Source: Pavona decussata (taxonomy: Eukaryota). From it: a stretch of 64,000 nucleotides of DNA. Both the position numbers and the translations under genes were made by a program. The notes below the pieces were generated by a model. The model had not been told where the DNA came from. It saw only the letters and a list, made by a program, of their open reading frames with translations, and did not search any database. Shown in pieces: positions 24,111-35,800 of the stretch (position 1 is the stretch's first letter; each line of letters starts with the position of its first letter). The DNA lies in assembly GCA_977016875.1 (NCBI GenBank), contig CDRNST010000188.1, positions 2,480,001 to 2,544,000 on the forward strand, written 5' to 3'.

Positions 24111-25046
24111 TAACCTTTCATGAACCTATAGTAGACCCAGGTATAACAATGAGGTGAAAAGGCGGCGGAAATACGCTTGTTCTATAACTTAGCAGGCGGG
24201 ATCGAGATGACGACCCTCAGCCAGGTGGGATATTTTCATAAGGGCTAAAAAGGGTGGCTGGATCGCAAAAGCCTATTTTGGACACTCGTCATACAGCGCT
24301 TTCAGGAAAACACTACATGAGAAATTTCGAAGCGGGGAGAGTCAGAGGTGTCCTTTTTTTATGGGCACCTTGTAATTAGCTATATTGTACATTTCTTGTA
24401 TTTAGTATCACACCCACTTGCGGGTTCTGTACTGAAGATGGATGAACTTTCTGTCGGGAAAGAAGCACTGGTGTGCGTGACTTAAATATTGCATGATAGA
24501 ATATACAAAATTGAATGAATAATGTCACGAAATATATCGCATGTAGGTGTAACGCGATCGAAACGCGAGCAATATTAGAACAAAGCAGATTGCACAATTG
24601 AAAACTGGCAAAGTCCGAAGTTAAAGTACTTCATGATAATGATGAAACTGCACGCATCTATTAAGCTAACTAAGGAAGAGAAACGCGTGTAATCGTGTAA
24701 TAAGAATTAAATTTAGGAGCGTCGGCAATAAGCCTTATCACGGTTTTCGACGCCATTTTGACGTGTAGGTTACACGTCTTGAAATAACAGTGTTTGTATG
24801 GAAAACCGATGCCAAATAATTTTCATAAAACATCGCTTCTGAAAAAATCATGAATTGGAAACTTTTGGCACTAGGAAAAGGATTTAAAGAAAACAAAATT
24901 GGAGGGATGTAGCTGTGCCAGAAAGCGTCCAGCCGTGTTTTAAACTTCCCATACATTTCCCTGTATTTTTTTCCGCGAACTATTTTAGTAGTAAATGATA
25001 AAAGTTTAACGGGAAAATTTCCGTTAGCTGCGTGGCACTTGTACTT

Positions 25047-25163
25047 ATAAAAAGGGAAAGGTAAAATATAGTTCTCGAAGACGAGTGTTCAGTGCCAATA
25101 ATTTCTACATATTGGCACTGAACACTCGTCTTCGAGAACTATATTTTACCTTTCCCTTTTTAT
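25047..25163. repeat. Perfect 54-bp inverted repeat with 9-nt loop
   Basis: 25047-25100 is the exact reverse complement of 25110-25163. Confidence 0.95.
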
Positions 25164-26548
25164 TTTAGTAGTAGTTCACGGCTGGTTCGCCTCTTTGCAA
25201 CCAAATTCGTATCAAACGAAAGCTGGATAATTTGTGAACACACTTACCTGTCAGAATCTCAAGAAGAAGCAATTGCGAGCCAGCAACAGCTGCGGCCAGT
25301 TACCTTGGCACGAACGTCACCGATTTACGCGCCATCACGAAGGAAATATCGCCTCTCCCTACCCCCCAAAGATGTTTTTGCGCGACAGCTATGGAGTCAC
25401 CTCTCCCTGCTTAGTCACAATCTTGTTTTATCTAAGCCGAACTTCTCCGATTTTCTCAAAGGGACGCGTTGCGAGTCCGAGCTAGAAACTTGGCATGGTG
25501 AATATTTAATAACAATATGTTAAGACTGTAAAGTATATTTCGCCTCTATTTTTTAGCGCTATTCAAAGGTGGTTTTAAAGTGCCCGGGAGAAGCGCAAAA
25601 TGAATAGATTTGAAAATGGTTAGCAGTGGACAATAAACAAGAATAGTTGTTTATAGTTTGTGTAAAGTTTGACTTCAACTGAAGTTATTTTAAGCATTTG
25701 GCAGTGCTTCGTTCTCGCACCTTACTTTGAACTTTTAGTTGGCCGAAAAACCGCACTATGACCGAATTTTGAAATTTTTGGAAATTTCTCAAAATTAAAG
25801 TCACTGGAACTTTTAAATATGATTTTTGGAAATAGTTCACCAAAGGGTATTTTTGGACCGAATATGAGCGATTCGCCAAATTGGTCGTTGACTGCGAATT
25901 CTCGAGCCTTACTGGCAGCCGCTCTTAAATATTCGTTCATTACTTTAGTCTGTTAGAGGTGCTAGTTTTAAGAAAAAGTCGCAATATCTGCAAGACGCCT
26001 TCAGCATGGTGTGTTGGGGGAAAATGACCGCGCCCTCAAGTCTTAGGGAGAGAGGCTAGACTCAACAGACCAATGAAATTAAGCTTTGTTATCAGTCGGT
26101 CAAAGAGGGTAGGACGAAGTAACTTTACTGCTAAAATGCGAAATGTTCTTCGTACAATACCCTGAGAAAAGATCGCGAGTGTACTCTCTTGCAAGCCAAA
26201 CGAGTAACAAGTTTGGCGATTTAACATGGACAAAAGGCCAGACACAATTGTTTGAAATTGGAGTCCATTTCCTTCCTAGCAGAGGCGCAGAGGCTTCATG
26301 CGTTATACTAGGAAGTTGAATTGCCGTCTGGTTAGAAGCCAAAGGTTGTATAAAGTTTATTATCAACATCAAATGAGCAGGTCCGGTTTTCAAAGAAACC
26401 AGGTTTGCCACTGGCATCCGGGTTGCAAGCTAAAAACGTGGAAGGTTTCTTATACAAGGCGACAGAAAACAAACCTATACATTACATGATTATGACAAAG
26501 GCGAAAAAAATCTACATAACAGCGATGGACGTAATAATGCAGTCACTG

Positions 26549-26708
26549 AATAGACCGTTTTGGTATTCTCGGTAATGAACTAGAACTAGCTTGCACACGA
26601 GGCTTAAGCGGGGGAATCTTTTCACAAGCAAATAGCTTTCTTTTAATATATTCCTCTGCAAGAGCCTCCATTGCAAGCAAGTTTCAGTTCAATACAATAT
26701 GGTCTATT
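26549..26708. mobile_element. Palindromic MITE in the predicted SF3B3 3'UTR
   Basis: AATAGACC ... GGTCTATT termini, with internal complementary GAACTAG.CTTGCA..GAGGCT / AGCCTC..TGCAAG..AGTTC. Confidence 0.7.
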
Positions 26709-26784
26709 CTAAGCTAGTGTTTCGTTCACTCCTTCCATCAGTCAGTCGCTCCTGAAAACTCCTCAAATCTTTACTTTTCACGTC

Positions 26785-26829
26785 CTAGAAAGCGTACCGC
26801 GTTCTTATATCTTCCAACTTCTTGGACAC
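26785..26829 (-). CDS. SF3B3: SF3B3 coding exon 31 (terminal)
   Basis: [14 protein letters not shown] then TAG. Confidence 0.95.
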   Translation of the reverse strand: MSKKLEDIRTRYAF

Positions 26830-29800
26830 CTGTCAACAAAGTCAATAAGTCACGTTAATATATCTGGAGTATCGTTGAAGCTCACACACGCTCTCTTTTT
26901 CTATTATTTTGGTCACGGGATAAAAGAATAAATAAGCCTTTCGGAACAAATCCACAATATTCTGCGATGTGCAGGACAGGATACGTGCATAAACTTTACA
27001 TGAATCATCTCATTATATTGTTCCCCCTCATAAGATGCATGGAAGAATTTAAGAAGCAGCGAAACCCTAAAACAGAAGGAAATGTTCTAGTAAATATTTT
27101 TGAGGCAGTTCATGGCTTTTTTTTTTATTTTTATTTTTATTTTTTTTACCTGTATCTTAGTGGAATGTGGGTGCGCGTGCAAGCTGTACTTATTTCCTTT
27201 GTGCCAATAAAAAACAACAAACAAGGAGATACAAATTGTATCTCCAAGCCGTTAAGAGTGGTGCAAATTGAATTTGCACCACTCTTAAAGGCTTGTTGAA
27301 TATTATGGTATTTTCCGGAAAGGCCTATTCGAATGTTTTTCACATAAGATGCAATTAAAAATTCCAGCTCGCTTTGTAATCAAGAGAAAACAGATATTCT
27401 TGATTCAGTCGACTTTGCTGGACAAATTGAGTCTGGACGTCTCCAGGCAATCTTAAATTAGATTTTTGAACATCATTTGGAGTGTCTTCAGTTTTCAGTC
27501 TAGAACTGTCTTGCTTGTAGCGATAAAACAAAACTCTTACTGCTCTCGAAAACACAGCTTTACAGTTGGCAAAGCCTGGTGTTTTAGCAAGCTACAAGCT
27601 ACATATATGAGACTACTAAATAACGATAGTTCGACGAAGAAAAAGTGAAAATTCACCTCAGCTGGAGTACGATCAAGTTCTTCTGCGATGCTCCGTCGCT
27701 TGGAAGAATCGAGAGAGTTATAATATTCACAAAGATCCCCGTCGATCACGCTCTGTAACACAAAATGGAAAAATTAGAAGAAAAAACGTAACAGACATCA
27801 TGCTGTCAACTCACAAAGAAACGCTCGTCTAACACGAAGCGAAAATTTAACCAAAGTTTTCCGCAAGTAAGATGCCGCGGAGAGAAGGAAACGGCGGAGA
27901 TCAGAAGGAGGAAGACCTGATTTCAATTTTGCAATTTCTTCTTCTTAATTCTTATAGCTACATTATAAAACCAGAGTAAAAAAAACTATGTCTTGAAAAT
28001 ATTTGAACTATTCTCTGGAAACTCGTTATCTTTTCCCCAGACATTGGCACGCCATTCAATATAATTTTAGAATCACTGTGCTTACCTTTACTGGCATGTA
28101 GTAAGATCTGTAAGACAAATGATCTCTGCCACAAAGAGATGGCTGTTCGGCGCGTAAATGCATCTCAAGATGCTGGAAAAAGTCGATATCCTGTAAAGCG
28201 GACAAGAAAAAAAAATTAGTTTTATGAATGTAAAAGCGCAGAAGATGCGCACGTAGCCAACTCACTCATCATGGCGGGCCAGGATGGGGTGCGCGGAATG
28301 GGTGAGATCATGGCAGGAAAACAAGTAAGAAATTAAAACAATTGAAAACGCTACTACGGCAACGACAACGGCCCTGCACGTGCGCTAAAATTTTTGGATC
28401 ATTTGCTCGCCGTAAATTCAAATTTTTGAGGAGAAAGTATGCACATCACGTGAGATTCATTCTGTCTCAACTTGAAAGCTGTTTCAACCTGTTCTGTTAC
28501 TGGATAGTTTGGCCACATTGTACAAGTTGAGCGAATTGGAATAATCGCGAAGTAGTGCAAGTAACTTTACACCTTTCCCCCTGGTCAAAGTATATATTTT
28601 CTATGTAATCATTGGGCTGCAATTCCCGAGCTCGTAAACTGGGAAATAACAAAGACACAGAGACAGAATTGATTTGGAGTAAAATTGGCTAAGGGCAATG
28701 GTCCTAAGCCGATTTAATGAATAATCAATTTTCTTTGAATCATTAAAATACATATCTAAATCACAAACATACTAAGCCCAGTGAAGCTGTGCCCGCACGG
28801 CGAGTGTTTTCAAACGAATGACCGCGTGGTAGCAAGGTCACAAATACCTTACCCCAAAACAATAGATGGGGGATTCAATACATTGACATGCGTCACCCCC
28901 AACCCTAGCCTGTCATGTCACGCGCTTCAACTCACGCATTCAGATTGATTACTTGAGATTAAGATATTTTTTTAGCGACAACAATTCATCGTAACTTAGA
29001 GAAAACATAAAAAATTGTATTCGCTAGCAAATATCTCCTATTTTCAAGCAACGTTTTCGTTGGCGTTGCCGTCGTGGTTCCTTAAAGTCGCTAACAATGC
29101 GAAATGACCAAATTCAAGGTTTTGTGAAAAACGCGAGCACATGACGTTAAATTTGTCATTCTCTGTCTCACGTTGAACGCCGTTTCCATCTGTTCTCGGC
29201 TACATTCTACAAGTGGAGCGAATTGCAATAACTGCGAAGTAGTATAAGTAACGTGAACTTATATTTCAAGTGACGAGGTTTCTTACATGTGTAAAGTCCA
29301 TAACTAGTTAGCGACCTCTGTCATTTTTTTACTGTTGGGATGTTTACGGTTTGAAAGGAAAAACAAAAACAACAAAACAAAACAAAAAGACCAGGGACAC
29401 CTTTCAGTAATGTTTATTGTTGTTGTTGTCAAAATGACACACCAACCGAAAGAGATGGTGTTTTTTCATTCAAAATGTCGCATGATTCTGCTTGTTAAGG
29501 CGCAGGAAAGGAAAGCAAAGACAAATGGCAGAGACTGCCGACTCTTCGTTCTGAACGGGAAAAGAGGAGTACCTCGGGAGGTAACCAAAAATTCAGATTG
29601 AAGTTTCAAAAAATACTGTGGTGATCCATTTAACGTCAACCCGAAATCTCCAAAGTTTGCATTAGCAACCCCCCCTGTTTTCTGTAAATCAACTGATTTA
29701 GATGAACATCGTACTTAACCTTTAAACCCCAAATATCGAAGAACAGATTCACCTATCTTGTCCTCGTACTTTTGTTATAAAAGTACTGAGAAGAATGGCT

Positions 29801-32800
29801 GATCATATCCTTAATTCTCATGACCTCAGGGGCTGAATAAGAATTGATAATACAAGGAGAAATTTGATGCTGATCACTGTTAAAATGAATAAAGTGGTTG
29901 AGTTAGGTTTAAGAAAAAGATAAGCGGGCTTTCCACCCTGACCGAAAAAACTGTATGTAATAGGAAGGTGTGACTGAGACGCGAGTCTAGACAATTTTTA
30001 TTTAACAGGTGGCTTGCCTTCAGGTAAGTAAGCACAAAAAAGCTACTTAGTCAAAATGAAAACCTGCTCGTCTCAAGAATACGGTAAGCCCTATGATACG
30101 AGCGAATTACTAGGAAGGTGCTAATGATACAAACCTCTCTTGATGTGAACGGCACCAGCATGCCAATGCCTCCTGAGAGGGTGGTGTAAACCAAAGACTC
30201 TGATCCGCCGGGAATGAGAGTAGCCTTCTGTAGCGACAGAACTGTTTCACCTATGTGATAATTACACATCGTCTCAACCTGGTGAAGAAAACACAACATC
30301 AGCCAAGAACACTGTTAGTCAACAGTTTGCACAATGTCAGGTTCACTGTTCTAGCTTTGAAAAACTTCTTTTCCAGTTTTTTCCTGCCCTGTGTACATCC
30401 CTCAGGAATCAAAGAACGTAAAGTGGAAAACAAAGACAAGACAAGGACAAGGTTTTTTTTCAGCGACGGTATGACAAGACCGCGCGAGCAGTCTCTCTCT
30501 AGCTCGAAACTCCGCGAGGAAGAACGCAAAACCTGAGCAAGCACGATATTCGAGGGGCGAGTCGCCTTAGCCCCTCGCTTGCGCTATTCGCGCTTCGAAT
30601 TTCGTGCTCGTTCGGTTTTTTTGCGTTCTTCCCTGCGGATTTCGAGCAAGCGAGACACTGCTCGCAGTCTTGTCGCACCGTCGCTAAAGCACAATTTTAT
30701 TTCAGAACCAACATTTTTTTCGTTGAATTTCTGCTCGCGAGTCCTTGAGTCTGCCGTCAACAATTTTCTTCCCAGTTAGTAGGGAGCGTGATGAGCGAGT
30801 TGACTACCGAGTGAGGAGAGCGGAAGCCTGAGGAAGAGTTACGTCACCTTCTGTGGAGCACCGTTCAAGAGTCCCCTATCCCAGAAGGCTTTTGTTCCAG
30901 TAGGATCTTCATCAATTTCGTCAGTTGTGTTGGAGGAAAGGCGAACCTACAGATGCAACAACAACAACAACAAAGCAAGGAAACAGGTTTGACAATTCAC
31001 TTCTGAGATAAATAACAAAACGTTTTACATTTTCATGCAATCCTTTAGTTTCTAACAGCTACTGATGTTGTTCTTAACAGCTTGTAGACAATCTCTTATT
31101 TTATTATCCTTTTTTTTTTTTTTTCATTTAGAGAAGATCGCAAGTTCAAGTGGAAACCAAAGAATCGCGATTCCTAACAGAAATGAGCGTATTCCCTAAC
31201 ATCCTCATGAATCTTCACTGTCACGCTTCTTGAACAACCCTCTTCCATGTGTAACACAACTCACGCTATTTGCCGTATCGGAGCTTAGCCATTAGAATTG
31301 AGCTCTTCCGAGTGAATGACCAATGGAAGGCGTTTTCCGTATCTCTAAATAATTTAGAAACAAATTGTCGCAGAAACATGAGCAGCAGGCGTTTTAGTAT
31401 CCTACGGAGCCGTTATTTGGGCAGTCATGCAACGCTGTAGTGTTGCGTGACTACACAAGTGACGGCGGCGTAGGAGACTGTAGGCGGGTGTTCTCAGTAT
31501 TGTTTGGAGTTCCCACGAATTTCAATGAGTTCTATAGAAATGCGGTCAAACTGTTTTCTACTTCTTTTCAGAAAACATTTCATATCGTTAGAACGTTAAA
31601 GAAACGGCCTTAAACCAAGAGAAACAAAGAAGAGGTTTTGCAAGTTATAAAACTGGCGATGTACCCACCACAAACACGTTGCCAAATTTATCAGCACCGG
31701 CTACCGTATCGTAGTCCAGATAACTGCAACAGGTTAACCACCTAAACAGGAAATAAACTCAATGTCAGCCCTGCTGATATCTACCATCATTCCGCTGACG
31801 GCAGTGGGTGACATCTCAAAAAGTACGATAGTGGAAAACAGCTACGTTTTCCAAGTGGATTATTCTACTGGTGTGGTTCAGGGTTATTGATTCGACTGCC
31901 GTTTGGGGGTGGAGGAACAAAGTGTCTAAGACCTCGCGAAAGGTCGAAGAAAAAGGTCGAGAAAGGTCTAAATTCAAAGGTACAAGCTGTTTCTGTTGTG
32001 AACAGGTGTGCGTCGAGGGTAAAGGACGCTGGAGCGGTGATGATGTTTGCAGGAAATCCATAAAACGCCACAGAACGACAGTGTTACGATAACATCCAAA
32101 GACACCCAGCGGTTTTTGGTGCTAATTAGAGTTTTAATTTCAGATTTACTCAAGTGAAACACTATCTCGAACTTTCAGGGAAAAATAATACATTTCGTCC
32201 CGTGGAGGACAGAAATGTTTTTGCGGGTAACAGAAAAATAAAAAAAAACCCGCCCGTTTTAGAACAATCCACAGTAACTCGTAACTCATAAATTTGAGAA
32301 GATTTGCTTCCTGAAAAACCTGTGGGCAGGCGTATTTACTCCTTTAAAGGCCTAATGCTGAAAAGAAAAAAAAAAAAAAAAAAAACAGGAAGACATAGCC
32401 AAGTGTATCCGCTCTATCTCTATACCAATTAACTGGTTGCTGCAGAACAAGCTGTGCTTATTTAAACAAACATCCAACTGAAAGGCCTAAAGCGACTACG
32501 GAAAACAAAACAAAAGGGTGCTTGGCTAGAACTTCCTGTCCTCTTAAGATGGCATTGCCTTTGTCATGGTAAGCAGTCCTGATTCTAGAAAGTCGTGATA
32601 CTTTACCAAGCCCAAAAACTCTTTTGCATGTACAAGGTTGGGAACACAGATTCAACTTCTGTGAACGAATTTTTACAATCATTATGGAACACATTTAAAC
32701 GTTTTCTTCTAAAGTAGCCCCAAATCGATTTAAAAAGTAATAATAATAAAACGTATTTCAAAATAATACTTTTTGGCTCAAACTTCCTGTTCAATGCCCG

Positions 32801-35800
32801 TGGTAAATGTCCTAATGGGAAATGTTATGTTAACTGAATTAATTTTGTTCCAAGTAATTAACGAAACTTAACGTAAACAATTCCTTCTACTTAATGTCAT
32901 CACCAAGGATGCGTTGGGAGAAACTTTAAAAGCGTCAGCTAAGCTCAACTGTTAAATGGAATCAAGCAAATGTGCTGCTGTTATGGGCGGAGAAAAAAAT
33001 CAACATTAAAAAAATGCAGAATTAGGACATAAGCATAAAAAAGTACCGCCGTTAAGTGTAAGTCTGCATTTTTGAATTATAAATCTTTTTATTCAGTAGG
33101 ATTGATAGTTTTAATTTGGATTTGAAACATAATTAGTTTCACCCTGTACCAGTCTTGAATATCAGTGGATCATCCTGTAATTTATCTTATCTGAAAACGA
33201 ATGTCGGCCAAATATTCTCACATAGGCAAGTAGATTCTGATTGCGAAAAGCCCGGTATATCGATAATTAATGAAAATTTGATGTTATGTCGTACTGCCAA
33301 TTTACCAATTAACCACACAAGCTGACTGATACAATTTCACTGGCTAACTCGCCAGCTACCCCACGGAGCACAAATGCGATTCGCAGCGTGATCTTGTTTT
33401 TTGAAACGCCGTGGTAATCTCTCTCTCTCTCTGTGGGAAGCAAAAACATTTTTAAAAAAGGCAAACATTCAGGAAGGCGGTGGAAAACGAGGATGCAACC
33501 AGCGACTTTCTTTCTCAAAATGTTACAAGGCCTCTCGCGAATGGACCAAGGGAGATGGGTACTGTAACAAACAAGGTACAGTTACACTTTCATTCCCTAT
33601 AATTACATTTAAATGAATTTCGTAGTTTAACAGTACGTACTTTTTCGCTTTCGCCTTCGTAAATGAATAATATCCACATTTTTTGTCAGGTTCACAGAGC
33701 AAATTTGGACTTGAAACTAACCCAATTATGCGAAGTTCCAATGAATTAACCGAGGAAAGCAAACCTCTAGAAAAACACACACATAACTCAAACAGATACA
33801 AAATGCATTTGCTAAAGAAGACATTTTCCAAACTCAACTAAACCGGATTGTTTCATCGAAGGGAAAAGAGGTCAATACTTAGGTTGTAAAAAAGAGCTTT
33901 TTACCAAAAACTTCGTTCAGTTCAAGCACACCTTAAAGCGAAAATTAAATTTTAAAATTTAATTAGGATAAAAATATGATGATTTATCGCTATTGTCTGC
34001 GGCAAAAAAATAAAGCTGACACACTGCTAACCGCGATATTAATAAATATCAACGCATTAACTGTCATTCACATGAAAGCTACCAAGCATAACGGGGAGTA
34101 ATGTTTGAAAGGCATTTTCAAACAAATTCCTTACTGTGTACAAGTTGTACACAGTTCTGATCAGGAGGCTTTCGAACATTTGATGAAACCACTCTGTTCA
34201 AAACTCTAGGCTCTAACCTCTCTAGTTTCTTGACAGTTTTACATCTCTTTTGATCCTTAAGCGGTTCATTATAAAGTCAAATACAAATCTCTAATTTAAT
34301 TTCCACTTGAAATGAACTGAAAAACAGACAAGAATACGTGGCCCACGTATATCCCGCTTACTGTTCTCTTACGGTTATAGTTATCTAACTTCAAGAACAC
34401 CTAACGAGAACATTTAAACAAAATTCTTAACACGCTATGTCCTGAGTCCTCTGATTGTTTTGTGCCCTGTTAAAGGCATACTTGTTTATATTATAAAGCT
34501 AATGCAGTTTGATCCGTTTCGATGCTTTAGCTGAAAGTTTAAGTTGCGGAAAGTTTAAGGGAACGAAATTTTACTCCCTGAATTTACGAGCTGTTCTTGT
34601 CTGTACAAAAATGCTGACCTTTCTTTCGCATTTTTAACGACAAATTTGCTTCTTCGAAAACGAAAGGAATTAGTTTTCCAGTTTTACGAATTTTTTGGCT
34701 GATATTTTGCTGAAGAAAACTTTAGATTTTCTTTACAACTAGATCCGAATTCCTGAGGCGATTCAGATATCCAGATATCCACCGAAATAAACCGCTGGGT
34801 ACACCAGTCATCTTTAGTATTGCATCCGAACTGAAAATTCAGAACAGCCTTGCATAACACCTGAACACCTGCTCACTGGCTTTGGTTTGAAAGGTTACAC
34901 TTTGAGATTTCATTGCCAGACTCGAAAGACAGAGCCACATTGAGCTGCATAATAAACAGCACCACAGGAAAGAACTCTCCGAAAGCTTTCTTTTGAATGG
35001 TCACACTATAGGATTTCGTCCACCGACTCGTAAGATAGAACCACCTTGTACAGTATAATTAACAACACTACAGGAAACACTGCAAAGAAGCTTTCGTTTG
35101 CTTTCGGCTGAAAGGCTCCATACACTACGGTCTATGAACTTCAAAAATCGCCACAGTGCTTTGTTATCACATGAATCGCATATTACCTACTGTAATGCTA
35201 CAGACGATTTCTCTACTACTCAGGGTGGAATCATGACGCCAAACTTGGCCGCGAAAGTGATGTTTGAAAAATCTAGATGAGCATACAATGAAATCCACTT
35301 TAAGCTATCTTCCAGACAATTTTCAATTTAGAGAATTATCGCCGCATTGAAAGAAACTGCTGAAGTTGTCAGTCACTAAACCCACAGGCGATGATAATAC
35401 AAATAAAGCACAAACATAGGTTTAAACTAGAAAACAGTAAGGCAGATTATGAAAGAAACCTGAAAACAAAATTACAAAAATAGGCCTCAATTTTCAAGAC
35501 GTTCCGTCTTTCCTTTAAGACACTATTTTCAACGCAAAACTGAGACAATTTTGGTCGATAAAAACATAATAGAAATTTCAGCGAGAGGCACTTAACAGCC
35601 ATGTCACATCTCCGGCCATGACACGATATGACATTAAAGGTATGAAGAAGGTGTCGATGTACTTTTAAAATGGCAATTACGTGGCTCTTAATCACCGGAT
35701 AAAGGCCGAAGTTGAACTTTTACCATTTTGTTTCTTAATAACTGTACTTTGTGAAAGAGCTGACGAATGAAACAAACAAACTCGGAAGGAAAGAAAGCTA

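Noticed and set aside
24130-24374. Complete Tc1/mariner element
   Set aside because: Only one end (GTGTCCTTTTTTATGGGCACCTTG|TA) is visible, with no partner TIR or transposase.
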